From: the human T2T-CHM13v2.0 reference genome, Homo sapiens
Direction: 5' to 3' (one strand)
Assembly (NCBI RefSeq): GCF_009914755.1
Contig: NC_060926.1
Length of the DNA: 64,000 nt
Shown: positions 29,115 to 41,424 of the stretch, in pieces
Numbering within the stretch: position 1 is the stretch's first letter
Layout: each line of letters begins with the position of its first letter
Made by a program: the position numbers and the translations under genes
Notes under the pieces: generated by a model
Databases searched by the model: none
What the model was told of the DNA's origin: nothing
The model's input: the letters and a program-made list of their open reading frames with translations, nothing else

Positions 29115-30997
29115 AAAGCCTCTGTTTTATTGGCTTCTCTTTGGTGCTCAAAATTCCCACGTTCACATTACCTTGTTTATTTGAGGTAAAGGCTTTCATC
29201 AAAATCTTCAGTTAAGATAAAAATGGCAGGAAGATAAAGGTGGGGACTTACAAATTACATTCTTAAAAGCCACCCACATTTTGGTTTATATCTCTTATTA
29301 AATCTGCAGTACAAATTGGTTTGTCAGCTCTGTTTACCTGAAAGTGTCCTGAGGGAACAGAACACATGGCAGAGAAGCCTGTCTGGCAGAATTAAGGACT
29401 AGGAGCTGGGAAGTTCCACAGCTTAGAACAACGTCCAGAAGACAGACTTGCAATTGTGCTGCAGAAGGACAAACTGTTGCCTGTTGGCAGAAGATGGGGA
29501 CAGGGGGAAGGAGGAAGCACAGAAGGAGGAACAGAAAGGGCCAAAGACAATGTCTGTCTGTTGTGAGGTCCACTGGGGCTGGCCTTGGTCACCTGCCTGA
29601 CCTCCTCGGAGTGAGCGTGAGACGGTCACGTGTACTCAGGGATTGAGGAGGCCCAATGCTTTCACACTTCGTAAATTCCCGGGGAACACTCCACACTCAT
29701 ACTGAAAGGGACAGTGTGGCCCTGACTGACAGCATGTCCAGGACCAGAGTACTAGGCATGCTGGACTCCATAGGATTTAGAATGCCACAGTGGCCGGAGC
29801 AGCAAGCTGGCACACTGGGTTAGATGGCAAAGTGAGGATGTGTGGGTGTGGACGTGGGTGTGTGCGCAAGGTGGCGGCAGGATAGACTGGTAACACTCAC
29901 TCCCATGCATTTTCAGCTTAGGCTACAAATGACAAATGGCACACCAAAGTGAGGTGTGGTCGTGCAGACAGAAAAAGCAAGGGCCTCCTAATGCCCAGGA
30001 AGCAAAAAGGAAAGAACGTCTCTTCGGTACCTCATGACTTCCTGCTAGAGGCCTGAAGTCACTGGCACACTGGAGGATTCTGTTAGTATTCTCATCAGGT
30101 ATGCTGTTTATTAGACAGATTAAGACTAAAAGAAAATACACAAAAATAGAAAGCTGCTTCTTTGAGAATGATGAGTATGTTTTCAAAAACTTTAAATTTT
30201 AAATATTTATAGATTCACATGAAGGTGTCACAAAATGTACAGGGAAGTCCTGAACACTCTTCACCCAGCCTCTGCCAAGGTTAGTGTCATGAGTAACTGT
30301 AGTAAAATGTCGAAACCAGGAAACTGACATTAGAACAATCCACAGAGCTTATTCAGATTTCAACAGTTATGCATGGACTCATTTGTGCATGTGTGTGCAC
30401 GTAGCTATATGTAATTTTATCACACGTGTAGCTACACGTAACAGTCTACCACAATCAAAGTATTTAACCACACCATCACCACAAACGTCTTTCATGCCAG
30501 CCCTGTATAGCCACCCCTCAACCCCAACCCTAACCACAGGTAACCACTGATCTGTTCTCCGTCTCTATAGTTATGCTATTTCACAAAGGTTACATACGTG
30601 GAATGTGAAGTATCTATCCTTTTGAAATTGGCTTTTTTTCCACTCAGCATAAATTCCCTGAGATCCATCCAAGTTGTATGTATTAACCGTTCATTCCTTT
30701 TATTGCTGGGTAGCATTCAATGGACTTTTAGGTAGTTTCTGGTTCTTGGCTATTGCAAATAAAGCTGCTATGAGCCTTCACGTACAAGTTGCTGTGTGAA
30801 AATATATTTTTATTTCTCTGGGATATATGCCCAAGAGTGCAACCGCTGGGTCCATTTTCAGCTATAAAAGGAACTACCAAATTATTTTCTGGAGTGCCTA
30901 TACCATTTTACATTTTCACCAGCAATATGTTAGTGAGCCAGTTACTCCACATCCTTGCCAGTGTTTGGTGTTATCATTATTTTAGACATTCTGGTAG

Positions 30998-31334
<337 letters not shown>

Positions 31335-31715
31335 TTAAGTTGTATTTGCTAATGGCTAATGAAGTTCAGTATCTTTTCATGTGCTTATTTGCCATCTGTA
31401 TATTCACTTCAATGAAATGTCTGTGTATGTCTTTCATCCATTGTTGTAACTGGATGGTTTCTTTAATGCTAAGGTCTGGGAGTTCTTTATATATTCCACA
31501 TACAAGTCCTTTGTTGAATATGTGGTTTACAAATAGTTTCTCCCAGGCCATAATTTCTCTTGACATCCTCTTAGTAGGTCTTTCACAGAGCAAAAGGTTT
31601 TTAATATTGATGAAGTCCAATTTACCAGTTTTTCCTTTTATGGATCAAGCTTTTTGTGTCAAGTCAGAGAACTCTTCATCCATTTCCAGGTCCCAAAGAT
31701 ATTTTCTTATGTTTT

Positions 31716-32080
31716 CATATTAGTTTCCTATTGCTGCTATAAGAAATTACACAAATTTGGTAGCTTAAAACACCACAAGTATATTTACCATTCTGCAGGT
31801 GAGAAGTCCAAAATCAGTATCACTGGGCTAACATTAAGATGATGCAGGGCTGTGTTCCTTCTGAGGCCTCTAGGAGAGAATCCATTTCCCTGTTTTTTCC
31901 AGTTTCTAGAGGCGGCCTGCCTTTCTGGACTCATGGCCCCTTTTTCCATCTTCAAAGCCAGCAGCATTTCCAAATCTGTCACTGGCTCTGCAAAGTTCCT
32001 TCTGCCACGTAAGGTAACACAATCACAGGTTTTGGGGATGAGCATGTGAATGATACGGTGGGGGGCATTATTCTATCACA
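31716..32080 (-). mobile_element. MaLR LTR (MLT1C/D-like)
   Basis: tattagtttcctattgctgctataa...agcttaaaacaccac...ggagagaatccatttccctg. Confidence 0.85.
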
Positions 32081-32163
32081 GTTTTTTTCTAGAAGTTCGA
32101 ATGCATTTTGAGTTAATTTTTGGATACGATGTGAAGTTTGGATTGAAGTTCATTTTATTTTAG

Positions 32164-32568
<405 letters not shown>

Positions 32569-33529
32569 TAGAGTTGCATTTTGATTTACTTATAATGTTT
32601 CTGAGTACACTGCTTTGTACACAGTTTCCTTAGGGGTTGTTCTAAGTATTGCCATACACATAGGTAACTTATCACAGCTTACTGGTGTCAATGTTTTACC
32701 ACTTCCAGTGAGGTGTAGAGACCTTACCTCCATTTAGATCTCTGTATCCCCTCCAGTTTTAAAATACAATTATCTTAAGTATTTCTTCCACATGCACTGA
32801 CCAGCACCATCAGATGTCATTATAACTTCTGCATCACCATTTCTTTCATATGATGAAAGAAGCTCATGAGATAAAGAATAGTCTAGTATGTTTACTTCTA
32901 TTTTTACTCATCCTGTTCTCCCTGCTCTGAAAATCTCAGCTTTGGGCTTTTACCATTTTCTTTCTGGTGGAGAAGTTCCTTTAGCTATTCTTTAAGGGTA
33001 GATCTACTAGAAACAAGTTCTCTTAGTTTTCCTGCAGCCATGCTGGAGACCTGCATGCCTTAAAGTCATCAGTGGCTGAGCCTCCTGGAAGACCTAGCAC
33101 TACCCACGTGGCACTCTGTAGACACTAACATGTGCCACTTCAGCTCCTGGCACCCTGATAATGGCCAACACCAGGTGGCAAGGTGCAGGCTAGGCTCCCC
33201 TTGCCCACTCTTGGTCTTGGGCCCAAGGAAATTAGAGTTGAGGCCTATTCTCAAGAGAGACAGATCCCTTAGGAGGTCAATCAAGGATAGCAGTGCCGTG
33301 AAAACTATCTTCAATAGCTCAGCTGGGTCAGAACAGTGTTCTAGAAGTTTGAGTCTAAAATATGTGAGCCCTGAAATCCTTCAACTTCTAGGGTGACCTT
33401 GAGGTGTCAGAGCTATTCCTATATCCAGTAATACTCTATTGGCACAGGCCCCAGGCCTGAAGGTACCACATATAACACACCCTCATTCATGACCAGGGGT
33501 GTACCTTACAGGAACAAGAATATAACCAT

Positions 33530-34190
33530 TCATTAGGGCTCAGACCTCAGATGTCAAAAACTCTTAGCAGAAGGATTGGCTAAGAGCTCCAGGAAGACAT
33601 CAGAGTTAGAGATCTCGATCTGGGAGGCATCTGGACAGAGATGAAAATTGCAGCTATAGGAATGCATGAGATCACCATGAGAAGAAGGTAGAGGAAAAAA
33701 ACCAAAACAGACCCAAGGCTGAACCCTGGTAGGAATATCAAGAGGATATAGTAGGATGGCAGCAAAGAATAGACGGTTCGAAGAAGGCCTTGTCAATGGG
33801 GTTCCATGCTGCAAAGAGGTCAAGGAAGTTAAAGACTGGGAAGATGTCAGAGGCTTGGCCCAGGGGCAACTAAACCATGGAGGCCCACAATGCACAGATG
33901 CTGGGAACCAGCTGTGAGGGAGGAAGGGCTGGTGAGAAATTAAAGGATGGGAAAGGAGAGAGTGCTCAGTAGTCACAATGGTTGATGGATTTGCCTGTGT
34001 TTGTATTGTTTGGGAAAATATGGAAATGTTATAAGCCTGAGTAGGAAGAACAATTAAGAAAACAACAAGAGAGGGGCTGGGAGAGGAGGGGGAGAGAAAG
34101 AATGAGGTCAACGGCACCAGAGGAGAAAAGGATCAGGCATTTCTTCCTGAAATGGGAGAGAAGCAGGCATGAATCAAGCTAGAAATAAGT
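33530..34190 (-). mobile_element. L2 fragment including reverse-transcriptase remnant
   Basis: Minus ORF segment HGDLMHSYSCNFHLCPDASQIEISNSD aligns by eye to the L2 RT motif LGDLIHSHGFNYHLYADDSQIYISSPD. Confidence 0.8.
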
Positions 34191-34287
34191 TTAAGGTGAA
34201 AAAAAAATAGAAATTTAGGATGCTGCTCCAAATGAACTACACAGCTGACTAGCTTATTTTTCTTTTGCATTAAAAAACCTTTGGGTT

Positions 34288-34618
<331 letters not shown>

Positions 34619-34639
34619 TTAATGTGATCCTGTTGGGGC

Positions 34640-34960
34640 AATGGTGGTTTCCAAATCTGACCAAACATCAAAATCGATTAAGAAACTTTGCAAAAATACA
34701 GCTTCCCAGGCCCCAACCCAGCCACACTTAAGCAGAATCCCTGGTAGAGGGGGCCCAGGAAGCAGCATTTTAAAGTTTCTTCAGTGATTTAGAGGGTTAA
34801 ACCAGGTTTGGGACCTCTCGAGTTACGATGTTCAACCATGTATGTATATTAGAATCATAAGGCAGGTATTGGTAGACCCAGACTCTCCAGATTACAGGTA
34901 TTAATATTTTTAAAAAGCTCCACAAGTGCTCTGATGTACACCCTGGTTATAAACCATAGT
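34640..34960. mobile_element. MER5-type fragments
   Basis: aaaaatacagcttcccaggcccc...gggcccaggaagcagcattttaa and tttttaaaaagctccacaagtgctctgatg. Confidence 0.7.
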
Positions 34961-35671
34961 CAGGGGACTGGTTTGGAAAAATAAACTATCTGGATAGGAT
35001 ACTTGACTTTACCATACCGATTGGTCCTCTGTCATTCAGATTGCCTGACAATTAACTTTACACTTTTCTCCTATTAAAACAGCACCTGCTTCTATCCGGG
35101 CTGTCACTGGTGGGCTGATGGTTCCCTGTGGCTTCTCAGCGGATTTCTCCAGGCAGCCAGGCTTGTGGGCTTACCATCTCTGGCCCTCTGGAAAGAGCCT
35201 GGCTTTGGAAGTTTTTGTAGTATCTTTAATGTAAAGTATACAAAATTTCATTGTTCTTTATCTGAACTAACCACACAATGCACCTTATAAAAGAAACAGT
35301 AAGACACAGAATGGAGGAAGGACTATAGAAAAGGCAATAATAGTTCATATTTCACTGATTAGAAAAAAATATTATCAGGCAGACCCATAATTAATTTGGT
35401 GAGAAAATTCCTTGCACCATTAGGCCGATTTTTTGTTTTAAAGCAGCAGTAACATCACCAAACAACTACAGAAATGAGAGTCTCGCATATAGCTGTTTGG
35501 CTTTGAGGGAAGCTGTAAGCCCAGCCCTCTAAATGCCTCTCAAAGAAATACAAATTCTTCTTTTATCTAAAATGATGGTGTGATCCAATTCCTGCTCCAG
35601 CAGCCCCAACATATCATCTGTTGGACTCTTTAAAGTTTACGGCACAGACAGAAACTGTCAGTTCCTCTCCT

Positions 35672-35697
35672 CTTTTATAGGACATTCACATTTGCAT
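35672..35697 (-). promoter_or_regulatory. Octamer + TATA module (ATGCAAAT-N10-TATAAAAG), candidate internal promoter
   Basis: Two perfect consensus motifs, co-oriented with AFF3, in a repeat-free island. Confidence 0.35.
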
Positions 35698-35799
35698 ATT
35701 CAGCAGACAGCACAAGCCTCAAAGGCCATATTCCCCAGAATGTAATCATCCTACTTTTGAAATACCGAAGATATAATAGTACAATGAAAATATTCTTAC

Positions 35800-35897
35800 C
35801 CCGATGAAGGCTGGCTCCAGTTGTGGCTTAGCAAGTCAAAAACTAGTAAACTTGCCTGTAACAACATCCTAAAATTCCAAAGGTTATTCTTCCCCAT
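35800..35897 (-). CDS. Putative alternative first coding exon of AFF3 (MGKNNLWNFRMLLQASLLVFDLLSHNWSQPSS-G)
   Basis: ATG at 35897 (second ATG at 35867), 32 open codons + GG, then donor GGG|gtaaga. Phase 2 matches the exon starting at 1277. No transcript evidence is available here. Confidence 0.4.
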
Positions 35898-36538
35898 CCA
35901 CAGTTAAAAAGCCATCTCCTACAGAACAGTGTCATATCTGTGACATGTCCAAGATTAAAGGAAGAGCCTTCTTGCTTTTAGTAATTTGTCTGGTTAGAGA
36001 TTAAAGAAAAAAAAATCAATCTTGAAGCTGTCAGTTAATATTTTTAAATTAAAAAAGCCATCTTCATGCTTCATGGGAGAAATGTGTGATTTTTAAACAG
36101 AGGTAAATTCCTCTTCGTATCAAGTATCAGATAATTTTTTTGCATTTCAGCACGAGGCAAACAAACAAAAGGTTATCCACGAAGTTTCAAACGCGTCTTA
36201 GTAACATAAACTGAAGTTAGGTAGCCTTCTTTGATATTGAATTACCAAAGTATCTCGCTGAAAAAAAAAATCCCCCTTGCAATTAATAAACAAGTTGTGG
36301 TATTTTAACAAAGTTCCAAAGCTAAGAATCTTCACATTCCAAATCTTTCCATTCCTGGAAGAGCTTTGGTATTTAGATGTTAATAGGATGCCTGCCTTTT
36401 TTTTTTTTTTCTTTTTTTGGCCAATCTTCAGGCTAAAGAGTCTGTGAAGCAGACTTTTTCCATCCTATGACCTCAGTTTTAGGATTTCTTTCTTGCAAAA
36501 TTTAGTTATTTTGGTTGGCAGATTGCCAGAATTCATTC

Positions 36539-36650
36539 TTATTTTCTTTCTCCTTCTGGTACTTTCTCCCTTTACCCCCTTCTGTTTCTCTCCCTTCTTC
36601 ACCTATCTTGTATTATTCTCTGAATTGAATTAAGAATTTAAAGTCCGGTT
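36539..36650 (+). repeat. 112-bp inverted duplication, left arm
   Basis: Reverse complement matches 37648-37759 at 108/112, ungapped. Confidence 0.97.
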
Positions 36651-36683
36651 GGTGGACTGGACTACAGTCTCTATGATGTTTGG

Positions 36684-36912
36684 TAGGGTTGTTAGAATTA
36701 GCAAATGAAAATACAGGATGCCTAGTTAAATTTGAATTTCAGGTAAACAACAAACAAATTTTTAGCATAAGTATGTCCCAAATATTGCATGAGACACATT
36801 TACACTACAAATTATTTTCAAGTATTGCATGGGACATACATATTGTAAAAAATTACTGTTTATCTGAAATTCAAATTTAACTGGGCGTCTTATATTTTAT
36901 CTGGCAACACTA
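36684..36912. mobile_element. MER53 palindromic DNA-transposon fossil
   Basis: tagggttg..aatacaggatgcctagttaaatttgaatttcag ... ctgaaattcaaatttaactgggcgtc..ctggcaacacta. Confidence 0.9.
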
Positions 36913-37647
36913 CTTTGGAGGTTCAATGGAAGGGATTTTAAAAAAAACAAAGGCATCCATTTACAACTCCTGGAAGAAGAGAAATTTCCACTCCTATCCT
37001 CTTGAACGCTTTTTGTCTAGATGTAATGTTCTTGATTACCTCATTTTAGTTTATTTTTGACCCAGTAAGTTGTACTAAAAGCTCCACAGAGCATGTCACA
37101 TCCTTATATTAAAGAAGTCCATCCCAGGTTTCAGGTCTCACTCGGTGTCAGGCCAGGCCAGAGCTTGCAAAATTGGTCCCCCAGGCAACATGGGACCTTG
37201 GCGCAGTAACAGAACAATGCAAATGCTCCAGTTTTAATTTTTTCCTTCAAAATCTGAACACCAAATTTAGTACTTTTGAAGGCACTGATATAGTTTTCTC
37301 TCCTCAGTGCTCACTTTGGGGCAATTTAGCATGATTAGTAATAGTGATTATTAGAAAACCCAATAGAATTCACATGAATGTTGAAATGTAATAAAATGAT
37401 CACTTTTTGGGCATTTTGAAAGGGCAGATAAAAATATTGATATGCTTCTGACATTTAAAGATAAGATGAAGATCTTAATTACATTAATTATTAATTCAGG
37501 TGTATTTCTGAACATCTAAAGAAACCCAGGAGGGCGACACATAATTCCAAAATGCCGTTCTCTTATTTAGAGACACATTGATATTCAGTATTTTGGAACT
37601 ATTTTGAAGTTTAATAGCTGAAATGGAGGCTGTACTTTAAATTCTTA

Positions 37648-37759
37648 AACTGGACTTTAAATTCTTAATTCAATTCAAAGAATAATACAAGATAGGTGAA
37701 GAAGGAAGAGAAACAGAAGGGGGTAAAGGGAGAAAGTACCAGAAGGAGAAACAAAATAA
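37648..37759 (-). repeat. 112-bp inverted duplication, right arm
   Basis: See left arm. Overlaps a 20-bp tandem duplication (37630-37649 / 37650-37669). Confidence 0.97.
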
Positions 37760-37793
37760 TCACACAGAGGTGTGAGAAAAAGTATGGGCTCTA

Positions 37794-37925
37794 GGCGGGT
37801 GCAGAGTCAGGTGCTCTAGCACCTGTTTGTGAACCCAGCTACTCAGGAGGCTGAGCAGGGAGGATCACTTAAGCCCAGGAGTTCAAGGCCAGCCCAGGCA
37901 AATAGGGAGATCTCTTTTTTGAAAA
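37794..37925 (+). mobile_element. FLAM-like Alu monomer inserted in a MIR
   Basis: cccagctactcaggaggctgag..ggatcacttaagcccaggagttcaaggccagcc, flanked by gaaaaa(a)gtatg duplication. Confidence 0.8.
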
Positions 37926-38120
37926 AAGTATGAGTTCAGGAGTCAAACTGGGTTCAAACCCTAGCTCTGTCACAAACTAGCTGTGTGAGGCTGGTCCAGT
38001 TTCCTAACCTTTCTGTGCACATATTCCTTATCTGAAAATGGGGATAACCACCCCAGAGAGCCGTAAGAGTATGAGACAAGCACTCAGAACAGTGCCAAGA
38101 ACACAGTAAATGCTCAGTAA
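37926..38120 (+). mobile_element. MIR
   Basis: ctgggttcaaaccctagctctgtcac..tagctgtgtga...cacagtaaatgctcagtaa. Confidence 0.85.
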
Positions 38121-38951
38121 GTTTTAGGGGTGAAGATCACGTGATCTAGCCCAAACTATCAATAGAAAGATAAAACTCACCAAGTCAGAGAATGTCTCCA
38201 CTTTGATAACTGGGTCATGAGAGAAAAGATTTTTCTCTTGCAGTCAAATGGGTATTTTAAAAAAATTATAAATAGCAATATTTTATGTATTTACTCATTA
38301 AAAAGAAACTTCTCTTTATTTTCAGAGGATACAACTTCCAAGGTTGTGTGAAATTAGCATGATACTACTGTTCCAAGAAGTGAAGCTATATGGTTATCAG
38401 TTCTATCCAACTACTGGTTATTCTTGTTTCACCCTACTTATTATTCTATTTACTCCCAGAAACTCCACAAGCAAATAAATGACACTCTTTCTCATCCCTA
38501 CCCCCAAAGCCAATTAATCGAACTTGATCGTCTAGCTTTACTGTTAAGCAGATTTTCAAATGAAATAGTCCCAAATCACTGGGTTTCCAGCCATCTGGAA
38601 ACCACTTTGAACTTCATTTGTTTATCCATGTTTTTAATGCAGCTCAGGTGTCTGTAGTCTGAGGCAGTGAGGAAAACAAGTGCTTCTGAGTCAAACACCT
38701 CTGGGGTAAAATCCTGGCTTGGCCATGCTGCCTACCTGGGTGAGCTCTCTCTGCCTTGGTTTCTTATCTATACAATGGGATATTCTAATGTTGTCTCCTT
38801 TCTGAGTTGCTATAAAGATTCGAAGAGCTGATTCATGTATAGGGTGATCCTATGTTTCAGCTTACACTTATTGTCCCTGCAGAATTGTTACACTATTACC
38901 CTTATTTTTATAAAGTATTTAATACAGAGCCTGGCACACAGTATTCAGTAT

Positions 38952-39243
38952 TTGTTTTTTGTTTCTTTTTTTGAGACAGAGTCTCTATTGTCCAGGCTGG
39001 AGTGCAGTGTTGCGATCTTGGGTCATTGCAACCTCTGCTTCCCCAGTTCAAGGGATTATCATGCCTCAGCTTCTTCCCAAGTAGCTGGGATTACAGGCGT
39101 GCGCTACCATGCCCGACTAATTTTTGTATTTTTAGTAGAGATGGGGTTTCACCATGTTGGTAAAGTTGGTCTCGAACTCCTGACCTCAAGTGATCAGCCT
39201 TCCAAAGTGTTGGTATTACAGGTGTGAGGCACTGTGCCTGGCC
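38952..39243 (-). mobile_element. AluS at the end of a MIR (~38660-38950)
   Basis: TSD cagtattcagtatttgtt. Confidence 0.93.
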
Positions 39244-39949
39244 AGTATTCAGTATTTGTTACCTCTTAATCATGATATACCAACACCTGCAGTATTCTAA
39301 CTAAATCCTTGAAATCCCATGGAATCCTTATTTTTAAAGCAAGAATAGCCTTTTTTGACACAAAAAGGTGAGTGCCTGCCTGAATGTGAAAGTTTGGTCA
39401 CCTGCCCATTATCTCCACATTCCCTGTCCCTTTGGATATTTCAGTCATTTAAGAAGTTAAAAGTGGGGGTGGAATTCTCTGCGGTAGAACCTTGGAGGCA
39501 GAGGCTAACATATTTTACATGCTTTGGCAGGATCATGTGAGCACAGCTTTACTAAAATACACTCTGCCAACAGCAGAAGGCCCTCTGAGGTGAGCAGGTG
39601 GGACGAGGCTGGGAAGCTGTCACTTGACTTCTGCCAGCTACTCGGAATGTCAGATGAATCCCAGACTGCAGCCCCTGCGGTTTCCAAGGCCCCCATCACT
39701 GCACAGAAATACCAGGCTCACTCAGCGACAGGAGCCAGGCTTCCTCCTGTCGCTCCTCCCCAGCCTCCTCACAGCCTCAAGATGCAATTCTCTTGACAGT
39801 AGGGAGGGAGGGCAGATATTAAGGGCTTTTAGGGAAATACCAGCCCTTTCTTCAGAAATGGGGTTTCTTCCTTAACATCTCTCCCGTTTCATGTGCCCTC
39901 TGTGCCAGGCCGCGTGTGGTGTCTCCAAGAGGATCTGGAGCAGGCGGAC

Positions 39950-40150
39950 CCAGTCGGAATCTTGGCTCTGCGGCTCATGACTGCAAACCCCTCCAGGAGC
40001 CAACTCACTTCTCTGAGACCTCGTTTTTCTCTTCTGTAATATGAGATGTAATAATGTAATAATACATCTCATTGGATTGTTATGAGGATTAAATGAGACA
40101 ACATGTCCAGTAGACTGCCTGGTACAAAATAGGCATCTAAGGCATGCCAA
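39950..40150 (+). mobile_element. MIR fragment
   Basis: ggattgttatgaggattaaatgaga...tgcctggtaca. Confidence 0.75.
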
Positions 40151-41424
40151 GTATCTTTATGGTCCCAGGCTGCCTGAGAAGGGGTCAGCATTAGAGGCAT
40201 GCGGGTGCAAAGAGAACCTGCGATCTAGGGGTGGAAGGTGGGCGGGCTTCAGTGTGCAAATATGCAAGCTTGGCATTTAGGAGGTTTTACATCTCAACTA
40301 GAATCCAAGGAAGAGGGAGAACAAATCCAGCTGATGGTATTTCTGAAAGAAGACGCACAGCGAATGTATGTGTTCCAGCCATCCTTTGTAGTATCCTGCA
40401 TTCCTTCATTTATTCATACTGTACTTGCTTATTGAATAAGTACTATGTTCTCAATGCTAGAAACACTTCAACACAAGAGCATGAAGATTCATTAAAGATA
40501 ACATTGGGAGGAAGCACAGGCAGTCTGTTAATGTCAGGCAATATTTATTGATTGCTTGCTGCAGTCAATAAATATGGTAATACCAGCCACAATCTCCCAC
40601 AGCCCGGGCGACTCCTCAGAAAAACGTTGGCACCTGTTAAAGCCACAGTGAGTATGGAGTAGCTGAAGTTTCTTAACTCATGTCTCTGTGGACTGAAGAG
40701 CTCATTGCAAAAGGGCCAAACTCGCTTCCAGAGACTGTTCCCCACCTTAATCATAACTGAAGTAAACCATTGCTTATGTGGTCTAACTGGAGTCACTGAA
40801 AACTTCCCTTCTCCCATGACATATATTCCAAATGCCTACTTGTTGAACCTATGAATGGGTCCTAAAATATTCTGGGTTGTCAGTTCTTTGGGTTAAAACT
40901 TTCCTAGGTCCTACTGGAATGCTCTTGGGTTCTCCAAGGGGAATACTTCAGGGAGCCATATATTCTAGTCGCCTCTTGGCAGCGTGCACCAGAGGAAAGG
41001 CCTGTGTAGGAAGACACTCACTGGCTGAGCTCTTTCAGCCTCAGTTTCCTCATCTGTAAATTGAGGAAAGACGAGCCCAGCTTTCAGAGCTACTGGGAAG
41101 ACTGAAGAGATCATTTACACAAAGTGACTAGGCCAGGGCTAGAAACATGGCAGGGGCCCAGTGCATGCCATTTCCTTCTCCTTCCTCACTCCTTTGGCAC
41201 AAAGCATCTCAGAAGTTGGTCAGTAACCTCTACTGTGTTTTGTGAACAGGGGCTGACAAAAGTGAACATGTGCAATTGTGACCTGCATTTAAAAAGATGA
41301 GGAATAGAAAATGTCAGAGTAATGGTAGGTGATCTTTGCGACACTTTTGCTTCAGTACACACATTCACAAAGGATACGGTATAAAATGTACTTCTGACTG
41401 TGTAGGTTATAGTCAAAGTTTTGA

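Noticed and set aside
39524-39875. GC-richer patch with 83-90 aa ORFs
   Set aside because: No homology that I recognise and no splice-consistent exon.
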